Shown here in pieces: positions 1 through 11,800 of a stretch of DNA of 25,117 nt. Made by a program: the position numbers and the translations under genes. Under the pieces are notes generated by a model. That model saw only the letters and a list, made by a program, of their open reading frames with translations. It searched no databases and had not been told where the DNA came from. Position 1 is the first letter of the stretch, and the number at the start of each line of letters is the position of its first letter. Origin of the DNA: Flavobacteriales bacterium (GTDB lineage: Bacteria; Bacteroidota; Bacteroidia; Flavobacteriales_D; Sanyastnellaceae). The stretch spans positions 1-25,117 of the forward strand of contig JBDQOS010000080.1 in NCBI GenBank assembly GCA_040261075.1. The letters are read 5' to 3'.

Positions 1-1111
1 CCATGTTCTTGTTGACCGTGATGTGGGCGCGTCCGAGGGCCTGCTCGGCGAGCTTGCCCGTGACGCCTTTGTTGGAGAGGTCGATGAGCATGAGGTGGTT
101 GTCTGTGCCTCCGCTGATGAGGTCGTAGCCGCGTTCGACGAAGGCTGCTGCCATCGCCTGGGCGTTCTTGATGACCTGCTGGCAGTAGGCCTTGTAGCTC
201 GGCTGCAACGCCTCGCCAAACGCCACGGCCTTGGCCGCAATGACGTGCTCGAGCGGTCCGCCCTGCATGCCGGGGAAGACGCCGCTGTCGAGCAGGGACG
301 TGAAGCTTCGAACATCGCCTTTCATCGTGGTCAGTCCCCACGGGTTGGGAAAGTCTTTGCCGACCATGATGACGCCGCCGCGCGGCCCGCGAAGGGTCTT
401 GTGGGTGGTCGTGGTGACGACGTGGCAATGCGGGAGCGGGTTGTCGAGGAGTCCCGCGGCGATGAGTCCGGAGGGGTGTGAGATGTCGGCGAGGAGGATG
501 GCTCCGACTTCGTCCGCGATGGCACGGAAGCGGGCGTAGTCCCATTCGCGGGCGTATGCGGACGCGCCGCAGATGATCATTTGGGGTTTCTCGCGGCGGG
601 CCGTCTCAGCGACCTTGTCCATGTCGATGCGGCCCGTTTCACGTTCCACGCCATAAAAGGTGGGACGGTAGAGCTTGCCGCTGTAGTTCACGGGCGAGCC
701 GTGGGTGAGGTGACCGCCGTGCGCCAGGTCAAACCCCAGAATCGTGTCCCCCGGCTTCAAGCAGGCGAGCATCACCGCCGCGTTGGCCGAAGCGCCCGAG
801 TGCGGCTGGACGTTGGCCCATTCCGCGCCGAAGAGTTGGCAAAGCCGGTCGATCGCGAGCTGCTCGGCTTGGTCGACGAATTCGCACCCGCCGTAGTAGC
901 GCTTGCGGGGAAGGCCCTCGGCGTACTTGTTGGTGAGGATGCTGCCTTGGGCGGCCATCACCGCGTCGCTGGTGTAGTTCTCGGAAGCGATGAGCTCGGC
1001 GCCTTCAACTTGGCGGACGCGTTCGCGCTCCACAATCGCGGCAATTTCCGGGTCGCGTTGCAGCGCCTCGAGGGCTGCGGTGGACGCTTGGGGGGTGGTC
1101 GTTGCGTTCAT
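1..1111 (-). CDS. glyA: Serine hydroxymethyltransferase (partial; 3' end runs off the window)
   Basis: Absent from the ORF track because no stop codon lies in the window. Manual translation from ATG 1111 gives [43 protein letters not shown], the PLP-lysine motif [14 protein letters not shown], and SGGTDNHL. Confidence 0.97.
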   Translation of the reverse strand, partial: MNATTTPQASTAALEALQRDPEIAAIVERERVRQVEGAELIASENYTSDAVMAAQGSILTNKYAEGLPRKRYYGGCEFVDQAEQLAIDRLCQLFGAEWANVQPHSGASANAAVMLACLKPGDTILGFDLAHGGHLTHGSPVNYSGKLYRPTFYGVERETGRIDMDKVAETARREKPQMIICGASAYAREWDYARFRAIADEVGAILLADISHPSGLIAAGLLDNPLPHCHVVTTTTHKTLRGPRGGVIMVGKDFPNPWGLTTMKGDVRSFTSLLDSGVFPGMQGGPLEHVIAAKAVAFGEALQPSYKAYCQQVIKNAQAMAAAFVERGYDLISGGTDNHLMLIDLSNKGVTGKLAEQALGRAHITVNKNM

Positions 1112-1118
1112 TTGGCCC

Positions 1119-1126
1119 CAAAAATA
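1119..1126 (-). promoter_or_regulatory. Bacteroidota -7 promoter element (TATTTTTG) for glyA
   Basis: Exact TAnnTTTG match 7 nt upstream of the glyA ATG. Confidence 0.6.
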
Positions 1127-1228
1127 ACCCGCGCATACAACGCACCGCACGGATGTGAACAAAACGCGACAATCTTCGTACATGAAAGTTGAGTGGAAAC
1201 ATTTGCGTTCCGTTTGTACCTTGCCCCC

Positions 1229-2275
1229 ATGCAAATCAACTTGCTCAAATCATGGATGCTCGCTGGCGCTCTTGCGGTGCTCGCTTCGCCTCAACACGCT
1301 GAGGCCCAATACGCCTTGGACTACGGGTTTGCATTTGGGACGGGGAATTACCTCGGTGACATCGGAGGAGACGAGTTGACCCGGCGCGATTTCGCTGCGG
1401 ATTTGCACTACGGCCAAACCAAATTCTCAAGCCACGTCTTCGTGCGCTACCGATTGAGTCCCACGTTTGCCGTTCGCGGTCAGCTGGGCACAGTGTATTT
1501 GGAGGACTACGACAACCTGTCGACGAATCCGGCGCGGCGCACGCGCAACGCGCACTTCCGGAATTACGTGAATGAACTTAGTCTGCGCGGCGAAGTCAAC
1601 CTCTTTAGCCTCCCCATGATCACGCGGTACACGAGCAAGTTGCGCATCGGGTTCAATTCCTACGCCACGCTCGGTGTGACAGGAATTGTACACAACCCCG
1701 AAGCCCAACTGGACCGAAACGCGGCAGACTACCTCTACGAGACAGGGCAAATCACGCTGAACCCCAACCAACTCGACTACGACGAGTGGCACAACCTGCG
1801 GGAATTTGGCACAGAAAAGGTGACCTACGGAAGCGCAGCGTTGGGCTTCCCCTTGGGTGTCGGGGTGTCGTTCATTGTGAACTACCAATTCCGAGTCGGA
1901 ATGGAATTCGTTTGGAACCTCACGCTCACCGATTACCTCGACGACGTGAGCTACACGTATGCGGATCCAACCTCGTTGAGCGACATCGGACGCATCCTGA
2001 GCAGTCCCTCGAGCCTTGTGGTGGCAGAAGCTGCTGGGGTAGAAGACGCGGTCGGCTATCTCGACAGTTTTCGATGGGACGAGGCCTACGAAAGCCCCCG
2101 CGGCAACCCGGACAAGAACGACACCTACGGAACATTGCAGTTGACGGTGAGCAAGGTGGTGATGGGCTCGAGCAACTTCCGTAAGAACAACTTCTACAAC
2201 AAGCGTCGCACCGTGAAAAAGCGTCCCAGCAAGCCTGGCAGCAGCCGGATGGGACGAGGACGCGCGAAGTTCTGA
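1229..2275 (+). CDS. Outer-membrane beta-barrel protein, DUF6089-like
   Basis: Signal peptide ([27 protein letters not shown]), [11 protein letters not shown] start, TDYLDDVS and [10 protein letters not shown] motifs, alternating beta-strand pattern and C-terminal Phe. ATG 1229 is preferred over the track start at 1193. Confidence 0.7.
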   Translation: MQINLLKSWMLAGALAVLASPQHAEAQYALDYGFAFGTGNYLGDIGGDELTRRDFAADLHYGQTKFSSHVFVRYRLSPTFAVRGQLGTVYLEDYDNLSTNPARRTRNAHFRNYVNELSLRGEVNLFSLPMITRYTSKLRIGFNSYATLGVTGIVHNPEAQLDRNAADYLYETGQITLNPNQLDYDEWHNLREFGTEKVTYGSAALGFPLGVGVSFIVNYQFRVGMEFVWNLTLTDYLDDVSYTYADPTSLSDIGRILSSPSSLVVAEAAGVEDAVGYLDSFRWDEAYESPRGNPDKNDTYGTLQLTVSKVVMGSSNFRKNNFYNKRRTVKKRPSKPGSSRMGRGRAKF

Positions 2276-2378
2276 AGTCCAATTGGTCCTGTGATCGGTG
2301 GCGTGAACGCCTCTGCACCTGTGGATGAAGGTGCGTTTCAAATTTGTGTGTGACGATGCCGCGCCTGGCGTGCAGGCG

Positions 2379-2386
2379 TAAGTTTG
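2379..2386 (+). promoter_or_regulatory. -7 promoter element (TAAGTTTG)
   Basis: Exact TAnnTTTG match 4 nt before GTG 2391. Confidence 0.6.
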
Positions 2387-2390
2387 GGGT

Positions 2391-4520
2391 GTGGCTACCA
2401 ACGCGCTTTCTCGGTCGACTTCTCCCTACCTCCTTCAACACCAACACAACCCCGTGGATTGGGTGCCGTGGGCGGACGAAGCGTGGGCGCGTGCAAACAA
2501 GGAAGGCAAGCTCGTGATTGTCAGCGTGGGTTACAGTGCGTGTCACTGGTGCCACGTGATGGAGCGCGAAACGTTTGAGGACGCAGAAGCGGCGGAGTTC
2601 ATGAATGCGCATTTCGTCTGCATCAAAGTCGACCGCGAAGAGCGCCCCGACGTCGATCACGTCTACATGGACGCCGTGCAGTTGATGACGAAGCGGGGCG
2701 GATGGCCGTTGAATTGTGTGGCGATGCCCGACGGGAGGCCCGTTTGGGGAGGGACGTATTTTCCTCGCCTGAAGTGGCTGTCGTCGTTGGAAGCGGTGTT
2801 GGAGGTTTGGCGTGAGGAGCCGGCCAAAGTCGAGGCGTATGCTGCGCAACTCGCCTCGGCGGTGGCGGCGCTGGACGAAACTGAAGGAGGCGCGCTGCCG
2901 GACGATGAACTCGTCCGTGAGAGTGGAACAGAAGGAGAAACAGAACGGGCTGCACTCAGACAGCGGGTTGACACGAGGGTGATGGAAGGGTTGGAAAGTT
3001 GGAGCCGGGGGTGGGACCCTGTTTTTGGCGGGCGTTCGGGGGCACCCAAGTTTCCCCTCCCCTGCCAAATCGATTTCTTGCTTCGAACCGGGGAATCGAC
3101 GGCCTTGGGAGAGCGTTGGATGGACCACGCGAGAGCGCATGCGCTGCGGACGCTGCAGGCAATTGAACGAGGGGGCATTCACGACCACGTGGGTGGCGGG
3201 TTTGCGAGGTACAGCGTGGACGATAGATGGCACGTGCCCCACTTCGAGAAAATGCTCTACGACAACGGTCAGTTGCTGGGGACGCTTGCGGAAGCCTGGG
3301 CCGTCGAGCCGCATCCCTCGATTGAGAAGGCGGTGGAGGGCATCGTTGGGTTTTTGGATCGAGAGTTGTCGGACGCCAGCGGCGGCTTTCGATCGGCCTT
3401 GGACGCGGACAGCGACGGCGCGGAGGGAACGTACTACGTCTGGACCGAAGCCGACTTGATCGCAGCCTTGGGTTCAGGTGACCAGGCCGAGGAAGTGATG
3501 CGGGTGTTTGACTTCGGGGGGCGAAGTCACTGGGAAGAAGGGAAAAACGTGTTGATGCGGCAAGCTGCCAGCGAGGCGTTGTGGAGGGATGCAAGGTTGA
3601 GGGGGCGCTTGGAGGACGCGTTGCAACGCATGTCGGGGTGGCGCGACAGCGCGGCGAGCGGTCGATCAAAACCGGGGGTGGACGACAAGGTGTTGACCGC
3701 CTGGACTGCCGTGGCGGTTTCGGGGCTCGCGCGGGCGGGCAAGATCCTCGGACGGGAGGATTGGGTGGCTCGAGCCGAACGAGGAGCCGTGTTTTTGCGG
3801 AACGTAGCGCGCGTGCCGGGCGAGCCGGAGTTGCTGCGTCGGACGTGGCATGCCAAGGGAGGGCCTGAGACGGAGGGGTTTGCCGAGGATTATGCGTTGG
3901 CTGTGGAGGCGATGCTGGATGTGCATCAGGCGACGGGCGAGCCGGCGTGGCGGGACGAGGCCCGGTCGTTGATGGCCACGGCGCTCGACCGATTCTACGA
4001 CGATTCGGCAGGGACGTTTTGGTTTTCGGCACGTGAGGCCGAGGCGCTTTTTGCACGGAAACAGAGCAACGACGACAGCGTCTTGCCCTCCGCAAACGCC
4101 ACCTTCGCCGCGTCGCTGTGGCGCCTCGGATGGGCCTGCGACATTCCTTCTTGGCGCAGCCTGGCGCGCGACTTGGTTGCGAGGCATCTGCTCGGCTCTC
4201 AGCACCTCGAACGATCCGCGAAGTGGGCGCAGGTTTGGCTGGACCTTCGGGGGCCATTTGCAACTGTGGTTGTGGCCGCACCAAGCCAGGAGCTCGGCAG
4301 GAAGGCCCTTCAAGAATGGAACCTTGGCGCCACGAAAAGAGGAACGTGGATTGATGTGATCACACCCGACTCAACCCACATTCCTGCGTGGATGGAAAGC
4401 AAGCGCCCCTCCGCAGAGGCACCTGTGAGGTGGTATGTTTGTGAGGAAGGTGCGTGCGGGCTGCCGTGCGCCAGCGCCCAAGAAGCATGGAAGCAATTTC
4501 ACCCGGAAGAAAAGCCTTGA
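2391..4520 (+). CDS. YyaL/DUF255 (SSP411/SPATA20-like) thioredoxin-domain plus (alpha/alpha)6 protein
   Basis: [83 protein letters not shown] and ALDADS motifs. Confidence 0.92.
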   Translation: MATNALSRSTSPYLLQHQHNPVDWVPWADEAWARANKEGKLVIVSVGYSACHWCHVMERETFEDAEAAEFMNAHFVCIKVDREERPDVDHVYMDAVQLMTKRGGWPLNCVAMPDGRPVWGGTYFPRLKWLSSLEAVLEVWREEPAKVEAYAAQLASAVAALDETEGGALPDDELVRESGTEGETERAALRQRVDTRVMEGLESWSRGWDPVFGGRSGAPKFPLPCQIDFLLRTGESTALGERWMDHARAHALRTLQAIERGGIHDHVGGGFARYSVDDRWHVPHFEKMLYDNGQLLGTLAEAWAVEPHPSIEKAVEGIVGFLDRELSDASGGFRSALDADSDGAEGTYYVWTEADLIAALGSGDQAEEVMRVFDFGGRSHWEEGKNVLMRQAASEALWRDARLRGRLEDALQRMSGWRDSAASGRSKPGVDDKVLTAWTAVAVSGLARAGKILGREDWVARAERGAVFLRNVARVPGEPELLRRTWHAKGGPETEGFAEDYALAVEAMLDVHQATGEPAWRDEARSLMATALDRFYDDSAGTFWFSAREAEALFARKQSNDDSVLPSANATFAASLWRLGWACDIPSWRSLARDLVARHLLGSQHLERSAKWAQVWLDLRGPFATVVVAAPSQELGRKALQEWNLGATKRGTWIDVITPDSTHIPAWMESKRPSAEAPVRWYVCEEGACGLPCASAQEAWKQFHPEEKP

Positions 4521-4966
4521 TGCCTTCGCCATCACTCCTGTCAAAGCACCTTGCATGCGGCATTACTCGCCTCACATTGTTGGCGATGCTTGGAGCCGTT
4601 TGGGTGGCCGAATCTGGGAAGGTTTGGGGGCAGTTCGACAGCAAATCGCGAAGCGAACGAAAGGCAGAAGAACGGGAACTGAAGGAAAGGGCCAAGGCTG
4701 AGAAAAAGGCCATGAAGGAGTTTGAAAAGAACTACAAAGAGCTTCAGGAACGGCATTACAAGTTTCAGCAAACGGGACGAGAGAAAAACCTCGTCGTCCC
4801 AGACGGACAAGACAAGAGCACGACCCGAAAGCGCAAAAGTCACAAGAAGGACAACGTCAAAAAGCGGATGCGAAAAGGGCAACAAAAAGCGCGCAGGCAC
4901 CGAGACGGAAGGACCGTTTCGTGGTGGCGCCGGCTTTGGGTGAGGCGTTCCTGGAAAAAACACTGA
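4520..4966 (+). CDS. Hypothetical exported, highly charged/basic protein (148 aa)
   Basis: ATG overlaps the upstream stop (TGATG at 4518-4522). Hydrophobic N-terminal segment, then a Lys/Glu helical region and an Arg/Lys-rich tail ending WWRRLW. Confidence 0.7.
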   Translation: MPSPSLLSKHLACGITRLTLLAMLGAVWVAESGKVWGQFDSKSRSERKAEERELKERAKAEKKAMKEFEKNYKELQERHYKFQQTGREKNLVVPDGQDKSTTRKRKSHKKDNVKKRMRKGQQKARRHRDGRTVSWWRRLWVRRSWKKH

Positions 4967-5064
4967 ATTCGGGGCACAGCGTCAGAGCCATTCGCGGAGG
5001 AAATCGCTCATTCCCCTGGTTTGCAACGTGTTTGCACATTTTAGCGTTCTGAGTGGGGTTGACT

Positions 5065-5072
5065 TATATTTG
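5065..5072 (+). promoter_or_regulatory. -7 promoter element (TATATTTG) for the TBDR-cargo-PorV operon
   Basis: Exact TAnnTTTG match ending 36 nt upstream of ATG 5109, which argues against the track start at 5028. Confidence 0.65.
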
Positions 5073-5108
5073 GCCCCTATACCTGTATTGCCTGAAAATT
5101 CTAGACGC

Positions 5109-8100
5109 ATGATGCGGTTTGCAACGATTTTGGGGGCGATTCTGATGAGCTTCAGCGCGGTTGCGCAAGTGGGCCAAGGAACGCTCAAGGGACGTGTCAC
5201 GGACTTCGATTCGAAAGATGCACTCCCCTTTGCCAGTGTGGTTCTTTTCCTCAACGGAAACCAAGTGGCAGGTACCAACACCGACTTTGATGGAGAATAC
5301 ACCATCAAACCCATTCAGCCGGGCACGTACGACGTGCTCTTCAGCTTTGTGGGCTACCAGTCCAAAAAAGTGACTGGCGTCAAGATCACCGCCAACAAAA
5401 TCCAGTTCGTGAATTCCGAGCTCGGAGCGGGCGTGATGATGGAAGAAGCCGAGGTCGTGGAGTACTCTGTGCCGTTGATTGACAAGGACGGGGGCGCCTC
5501 GGGCGGCACGGTAAGCCGCGAAGACATCGACAAACTCCCCGGTCGTTCCGCAAGCAGCATCGCCCAAACCGTGGCAGGTGCCAGCACCGCCGGCACGGGA
5601 GGAGGCGTGAGCATCCGCGGTGCACGTTCCTCTTCAACTTGGTACTACATCGACGGAATCAAGGTCCGTGGCTCAGCTGCTCTTCCCAAGTCGGCCATCG
5701 AAGAAGTCCAGGTCGTAACGGGCGGGATTCCCGCCAACATCGGGGACGCGACAGGGGGTGTGATCAACATCTCGCTTCGAAACTCGAGCCGAACGTGGTT
5801 TGGCGGCGGGGAAGTCATCACCTCCGGAATCCCTATCGGAGAAACCGCCGTGGGTCTGGACAAGTTTGGCTACAACCTTGCGGAAGGTTCCCTATCTGGT
5901 CCGATTGCTTGGCAAAAGGACGAGAACGGTGAGAAAACCGACCCGCTTCTCGGCCTCTTCCTCTCAGGAAACTACACGTATCAAATGGACACGCGCCCCA
6001 CATTTGGAGGCGTGTACCGCATGACCGACAGCGCACGTGCGGAGATTCTCGCCACGCCGCTACGCCAAAACATCAGCTCTTCCGGCGAAATCAACGGCGC
6101 ACTCTTCAACGCCGACTTCCTGGAGCCCGGTGATTTCACCAGGGTGGACACGCGCCTCAACGCGTCCAACCAGTCGGCCAACTTGGTGGCCAAGGTGGAC
6201 GTAGCGACAAACGAAACCACGAGCCTCACATTGGGTGCGACGGGTGCGTTTGGGCGCAACAACGAATTCGACCGCGGACGCTCCCTCATGAACTGGGAAA
6301 ACAACAACCAAACGACCAGCCTCGACTGGCGTGGGTACGTCAAGTTCTCGCAGCGTTTTGTGGACGAAGAGGGAGAGCAAAGCAGCGGTGGGCTGAAGAA
6401 CGTCTTCTACTCGATCATGGCCGACTACTCCCAGAGCTACTTCAAGCGGGAAGATGCTTCTCACGGGGACGATTTCTTCAAGTACGGCCACGTTGGGAAG
6501 TTTGACATCTTCCAACAAAACAGCTACGGCTACAACCCCACAACGGGCCGCTACGTCCACAACGGATGGCAAGACACGTTGGTGACCTTTGAGGCCTCGC
6601 CGTTCAACCCTGAATTGGCGGCCATCAACACGCAGTACTTCTCGCTGTTTGACAACAACCCTTCTGTCTCCTTTGGACCAGGCAACTCGGTCATCTTTGA
6701 GCCCGGACCGTATTCCAGCCTTCTGGAGGTGCAGAACGGCAACGCGCTTCTCAACGGTCAAAGCCCCTCAAGCACGTACGGGTTGTGGAGTTACGTTGGC
6801 GCTCAAGGAAACAGCTACAGCATCAGCAACAACAGCCAGTTCCGCGTGAGTGCAGCCGGTTCAGGAGACATCGGAGACCACGCGTTGCAGATGGGCTTCG
6901 AATACGAGCAACGCCGAGACGCGTTTTTCTCATTGAGCCCCATTGGCCTCTGGACGTTGGCGCGCTTGACGACCAACTCGCACATCAAGGAAATCGATTC
7001 GTCGGACAGCACGGTGACCAACGTGGGAACGGATTACTACGTGACCTACGAGCGCCTTGTTGGCGACAACCAATTTGAGTTCGACTACAACTTGCGTCAA
7101 GCGTTGGGCGCCGGCGAGCGCGAATTGATCAACATCGACGCCATCGACCCTGAATTCTTCAACATGGACATGTTTGGGGCGGACGACCTCCTGAACCAAG
7201 GCAGCAACTACGTCAACTACGGCGGATACGACCCCTACGGGAACAAGGTGGCAGGTCGTCCCACGATTGAGGACTTCTTCAACGACACCCGCACTTTGGG
7301 TGGCCGGGAGTTCAACACCCGTCCCATCGGAGCGTACGAGCCCATTTACATCGCGGGATACGTGATGGACAAATTCACGTTCGACGACATCATCTTCAAC
7401 GTGGGGGTTCGCGTCGACCGTTTCGACGCCAACCAACCTGTTCTCAAGGATCCTTACGTGGTGGGCCAGTCCTACAGCGTAGGAGACATTCGGGGCGAAT
7501 TGATCAACACACTCAGCGGCACGACAGTCATTCCTGAAAACATCGGAGAAGATTTCGTGGTGTACACCGACGCGTTGGAAGACCCGAGCTCCATTGTCGG
7601 ATTCCGCGACGGCGACACGTGGTACAACGCCCAAGGCACGGAGATTTCCGACCCCGACATCCTGGCCGTCAACACTGCCTACCCCGCTCCTTGGCTGAAG
7701 CCCAACGACAACGCCACCGGCGACGACCCGTTTGAGTTGACGTCGGAAGCGTTCCGCGACTACGACCCGGCGGTGAACATCATGCCCCGCATCTCCTTCT
7801 CGTTCAACATCAGCGACGAGGCGGTCTTCTTTGCGCACTACGACATATTGACCCAGCGTCCTACCTCGAACATTCGCTTCTCCCCCATTGACTACCTCTT
7901 CCTCGAGAGCCGAAACAACCTCATCTCGAATCCCGACTTGCGTCCGGAAAAGACGATTGACTACGAGCTGGGCTTCCAACAGGTGTTGACCAAAACGTCA
8001 AGCCTGAAGATCTCCGCGTACTACAAGGAGATGCGTGACATGATTCAGGTCCGGAACTTCACCGGAGCGTACCCACGCCCCTACAAGGCATTTGGCAACC

Positions 8101-8840
8101 TTGACTTTGGCACGGTGAAAGGCTTCACGGTGGGCTACGACCTCCGCCGCACAGGCAACGTTCGCTTGAACGCGAACTACACGTTGCAATTCGCAGACGG
8201 AACAGGTTCAACCACGCAAACGGCATTGGCGTTGATCAACGCCGGTCTCCCCAACCTCCGCTCGATCAACCCGTTCAACTACGACCAGCGTCACCGCATT
8301 GTGGCCAACGTCGACTACCGTTACGGTTCTGGCGAGGACTACAACGGCCCGGTGGCCAACCTCGGAGGCAAAGAGGTGCAGTTGTTAGCCAACACGGGCT
8401 TGAACTTCATCGCCAACCTCGGATCTGGAACGCCCTACACGGCCTCCACCATCGCCACGCCGATCACCGGGGAAATCAGCCCGTCCACGGAAGGTTCCAT
8501 CAACGGAAGCCGCCTGCCATGGCAGTTCAATTTGGACGCCAACTTCGACAAGAACTTCACATTGACGTATGGAGGGGAAGGCGACGCAGCAAAAACCACC
8601 AACCTCAACGTGTACCTCTGGGTGGGCAACGTGTTGAACACGCGCAACATCAATTCGGTGTACCGCTTCACAGGTGTGTCGGACGACGACGGCTACTTGG
8701 CCGCCGCCCAATACCAGCCCCTCATCAACAGCCAAAACGACCCGGACGCGTTCCGCAACTACTACAGCATGTTTGTAGACAACCCCTTCAACCTGGGATT
8801 GCCTCGGACCGTGCGTTTGGGTGTCAAGTTTGACTTCTGA
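5109..8840 (+). CDS. TonB-dependent receptor-like outer-membrane protein with N-terminal carboxypeptidase-regulatory-like domain (1243 aa)
   Basis: Signal peptide ending AVA-Q; GTLKGRVTD...TDFDGEYTI...GTYDVLFSFVGY domain; plug motif SIRGAR...YYIDGIKV...AIEEVQVVTGGIPA..GDATGGVINI; NPDLRPEKTIDYELG; C-terminal PRTVRLGVKFDF. Confidence 0.9.
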   Translation: MMRFATILGAILMSFSAVAQVGQGTLKGRVTDFDSKDALPFASVVLFLNGNQVAGTNTDFDGEYTIKPIQPGTYDVLFSFVGYQSKKVTGVKITANKIQFVNSELGAGVMMEEAEVVEYSVPLIDKDGGASGGTVSREDIDKLPGRSASSIAQTVAGASTAGTGGGVSIRGARSSSTWYYIDGIKVRGSAALPKSAIEEVQVVTGGIPANIGDATGGVINISLRNSSRTWFGGGEVITSGIPIGETAVGLDKFGYNLAEGSLSGPIAWQKDENGEKTDPLLGLFLSGNYTYQMDTRPTFGGVYRMTDSARAEILATPLRQNISSSGEINGALFNADFLEPGDFTRVDTRLNASNQSANLVAKVDVATNETTSLTLGATGAFGRNNEFDRGRSLMNWENNNQTTSLDWRGYVKFSQRFVDEEGEQSSGGLKNVFYSIMADYSQSYFKREDASHGDDFFKYGHVGKFDIFQQNSYGYNPTTGRYVHNGWQDTLVTFEASPFNPELAAINTQYFSLFDNNPSVSFGPGNSVIFEPGPYSSLLEVQNGNALLNGQSPSSTYGLWSYVGAQGNSYSISNNSQFRVSAAGSGDIGDHALQMGFEYEQRRDAFFSLSPIGLWTLARLTTNSHIKEIDSSDSTVTNVGTDYYVTYERLVGDNQFEFDYNLRQALGAGERELINIDAIDPEFFNMDMFGADDLLNQGSNYVNYGGYDPYGNKVAGRPTIEDFFNDTRTLGGREFNTRPIGAYEPIYIAGYVMDKFTFDDIIFNVGVRVDRFDANQPVLKDPYVVGQSYSVGDIRGELINTLSGTTVIPENIGEDFVVYTDALEDPSSIVGFRDGDTWYNAQGTEISDPDILAVNTAYPAPWLKPNDNATGDDPFELTSEAFRDYDPAVNIMPRISFSFNISDEAVFFAHYDILTQRPTSNIRFSPIDYLFLESRNNLISNPDLRPEKTIDYELGFQQVLTKTSSLKISAYYKEMRDMIQVRNFTGAYPRPYKAFGNLDFGTVKGFTVGYDLRRTGNVRLNANYTLQFADGTGSTTQTALALINAGLPNLRSINPFNYDQRHRIVANVDYRYGSGEDYNGPVANLGGKEVQLLANTGLNFIANLGSGTPYTASTIATPITGEISPSTEGSINGSRLPWQFNLDANFDKNFTLTYGGEGDAAKTTNLNVYLWVGNVLNTRNINSVYRFTGVSDDDGYLAAAQYQPLINSQNDPDAFRNYYSMFVDNPFNLGLPRTVRLGVKFDF

Positions 8841-8842
8841 TC

Positions 8843-11800
8843 ATGCCAAGCAAGCAGATGAACCGCATACTCTCTTTCTCCGCCCTCTTTTTGGTCGCCT
8901 CCACCGCGTGGGGGTACAAATACGTGGGAGCCGGCACGCCCGGTGAAACCGCAGGAAGCAACAACCAGCCGGCCCTTCGTGCCGCAGCCTGTGCTCCAGC
9001 CACCGGACTCCGCGACCTCGAATGGAACAACGTTCGCGCCCTGATTGAAACGGGTGGTTCGTTGTGGCAAGACCGCGCCACGAGCCAAGCGTCTTACGAA
9101 GTACCCAAGGGTGGCGGTATCAGCTCGCTGTACGCCGGGGCGCTTTGGATGGGTGGCATCAGCCCCGACCAACAGTTGAAGCTTGCCGCTTTGACGTTCC
9201 GCAACCGAGGGAACGACTACTGGACGGGTCCCTTGACCAACGACGGCTCTGCGGAAATTGACGCGGAAGTGTGCGACGTGTACGACGAGTTCTTCGTGTC
9301 GACCCGAGCCGACGCCCAGCGTCACCGCCAGTATTTCGACGCGATTGCCAACGGTACGGTGGACGAGGAATTCCCGGAAGGCTACGCCATTCCTGGCTAC
9401 TTCCGGGACTACCCTGCTCACGGCAACACGGAAGCCTACCAAGATTACTACCTCGCGCCGTTTAAAGATTACGACGGAGACGGGTTCTACTCGCCCGACA
9501 ACGGAGACTACCCTTGGTACGACTTTCTGCAAGAAATTGATTGCAAAAACCGGAAGCGCGAGGACATCGTGCCTCTGTACGGCGACCGCAACTTCTACTG
9601 GATTTTCAATGACAAGGGCAACGTCCACTCGGAATCGCAGGGGGAGCCGATTGGCATGGAGATTCGTGCGCAAGCCTTCGCGTTCTCCACCAACGACGAG
9701 GTCAACAACATGACCTTCCACAACTACGTCTTGATCAACCAAGGAACCCAAACCCTCGCCAACACCTACTTTGGTGTGTGGGTCGACGCGGACGTGGGAA
9801 CGGCGACAGACGACTACGTGGGATGCGACGTGCAGCGTGGTTTGGGCTACAGCTACAACGGCGACGCGGTGGACGAGCCTTCTTCGAGCTCGCAGGGCTA
9901 CGGCGAAAATCCTCCTGCGGTCGGCATCGACTTCTTCGAAGGTCCTTACCAAGATTCGGACAGCATCGACAACCCGTTGACCACAAACTTCTCGAACGCG
10001 ATCGACTCGCTTGGCATCCCCTACGACGGCATCGGCATCGGGTACGGCGACGGCGTGGTGGACAACGAGCGTTTCGGAATGCGCCGTTTCGTGTACTACA
10101 ACAACTCCGGAAACCAAATCAACGGCGAACCCGTGACCCCGCTTCACTTCTACAACTACATGAACGGGATTTGGAAAAACGGTCAAAAGATGGCTTACGG
10201 CGGCGACGGCGTGAGTGCTGCGACCGGCGCCAACCTCGACATCGAGTGCGACTACATGTTCCCCGGGGACACCGACCCGTTCAACTGGGGCACTGGAGGT
10301 ACCAGCGTCGATCCGTGGACGGAGGTGACTTCAGGCAACCCACCTGCCGACCGCCGATTCATTCAAGCTGCCGGGCCCTTTATCCTTGAGCCAGGCGACT
10401 ACAACAACATCACGATGGGTGTGGTCTGGGCACGTGCTACCGCAGGTGATCCCGAGGAAAGCGTGAAGTTGATGCGCATTGCGGACGACAAGGCGCAGGC
10501 GCTCTTTGACAACTGCTTTGAGATCGTCTCCGGTCCCGATGCCCCCGACGTGACCGTGCAGGAGCTCGAGAACGAACTCATTCTTTACCTGACCAACGAC
10601 AACCCGCTCTCGAACAACTACCAGGAAGATTACCTGCAATTCGACCCCGGGATTCCCAAGTTTGACATCAACGGAAACCAGTACGACAGCTTGAGCCGTT
10701 CGTACACGTTCGAGGGGTACCAAATTTACCAACTCGCCAACAGCGAAGTCTCGCCTGCCGATTTGGGAGACATTGACCAAGCTCGGTTGATCTTCCAATG
10801 CGACGTGACCAACGACATCGACGTGGTGGTCAATTACGTCCAGGACACGGAGATGGGTTTGCCGGTGCCTACGCTGATGGCCAACGGAGAAAACGAAGGG
10901 GTTCAGCACAGCTTCCGCGTGACCAAGGACGCGTTCGCACAAGGCGACAACGCCCTTGTGAACCACAAGACGTACTACTTCATGGCGATGGCCTACGGGT
11001 ACAACAACTACGAAGAGTACGACCCCATCACCGGTTCGGGACAAGACGTGCAGTACAAAGCCTCTCGGAAGGCGGCTGTGGGCTCGATTCGGGTGTACAG
11101 CGGCTCGCCTCACAAGCCTACGACCGAGTCGGGCGGCTTGGTTCAATCGGCGGCGTACGGAGACGGGGTGACAATCACGCGCCTCGAAGGCATGGGCAAC
11201 GGCTTGAACGACGTGGCCTTGACGGCCGAGAGCGAAGCGGACTTGGTGGCCAGCGACAACGGCAAGCTCGCCGAAGTGACCTACCAAGGCGGCTTGGGCC
11301 CTGTGGCGGTGCGCGTGGTGGATCCGCTTTCGGTTCCCGAAGCGGAATTTGAACTTCGCGTCTTGGGCGAGGCGGGCAGCCTCAGCAGCGGCGAAGACGT
11401 GGAATGGGTGCTCACCAACCTGACGATGCTCGACACGGCAGTGACGGCGAGCGACTCGGCCAAGGCCATCGTGACCAGCGACCGCACCATCAACGTGCTC
11501 AACGAACAGCTCGTGCTGGAGTGGGGCTTGGGCATCACCGTGCACCAACAGGTGTACCCGTCGAGCGCCGACATCGCCACGCCGCTTGGCGCTTCCATCA
11601 CCTTCGAGAACCCACAGGAGCCCTGGCTCTTGGGCTTGCCGGACGGCGAGGGCTTCACCGAAGACAACTGGATTCGTGCGGGCACGCAAGCCGGCGACGA
11701 CACGTCGCCGTTTGAGCTTGCCTACAACGACCTGATGGACGAAGACGAGGTGTACGAGGGCTTCCTCGGCGGCACCTGGGCTCCCTACTGCGTGGTGTCG

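Noticed and set aside
23-1192. Plus-strand ORFs 23-481 and 581-1192
   Set aside because: They are antisense to glyA, which the track missed because its stop codon lies outside the window.
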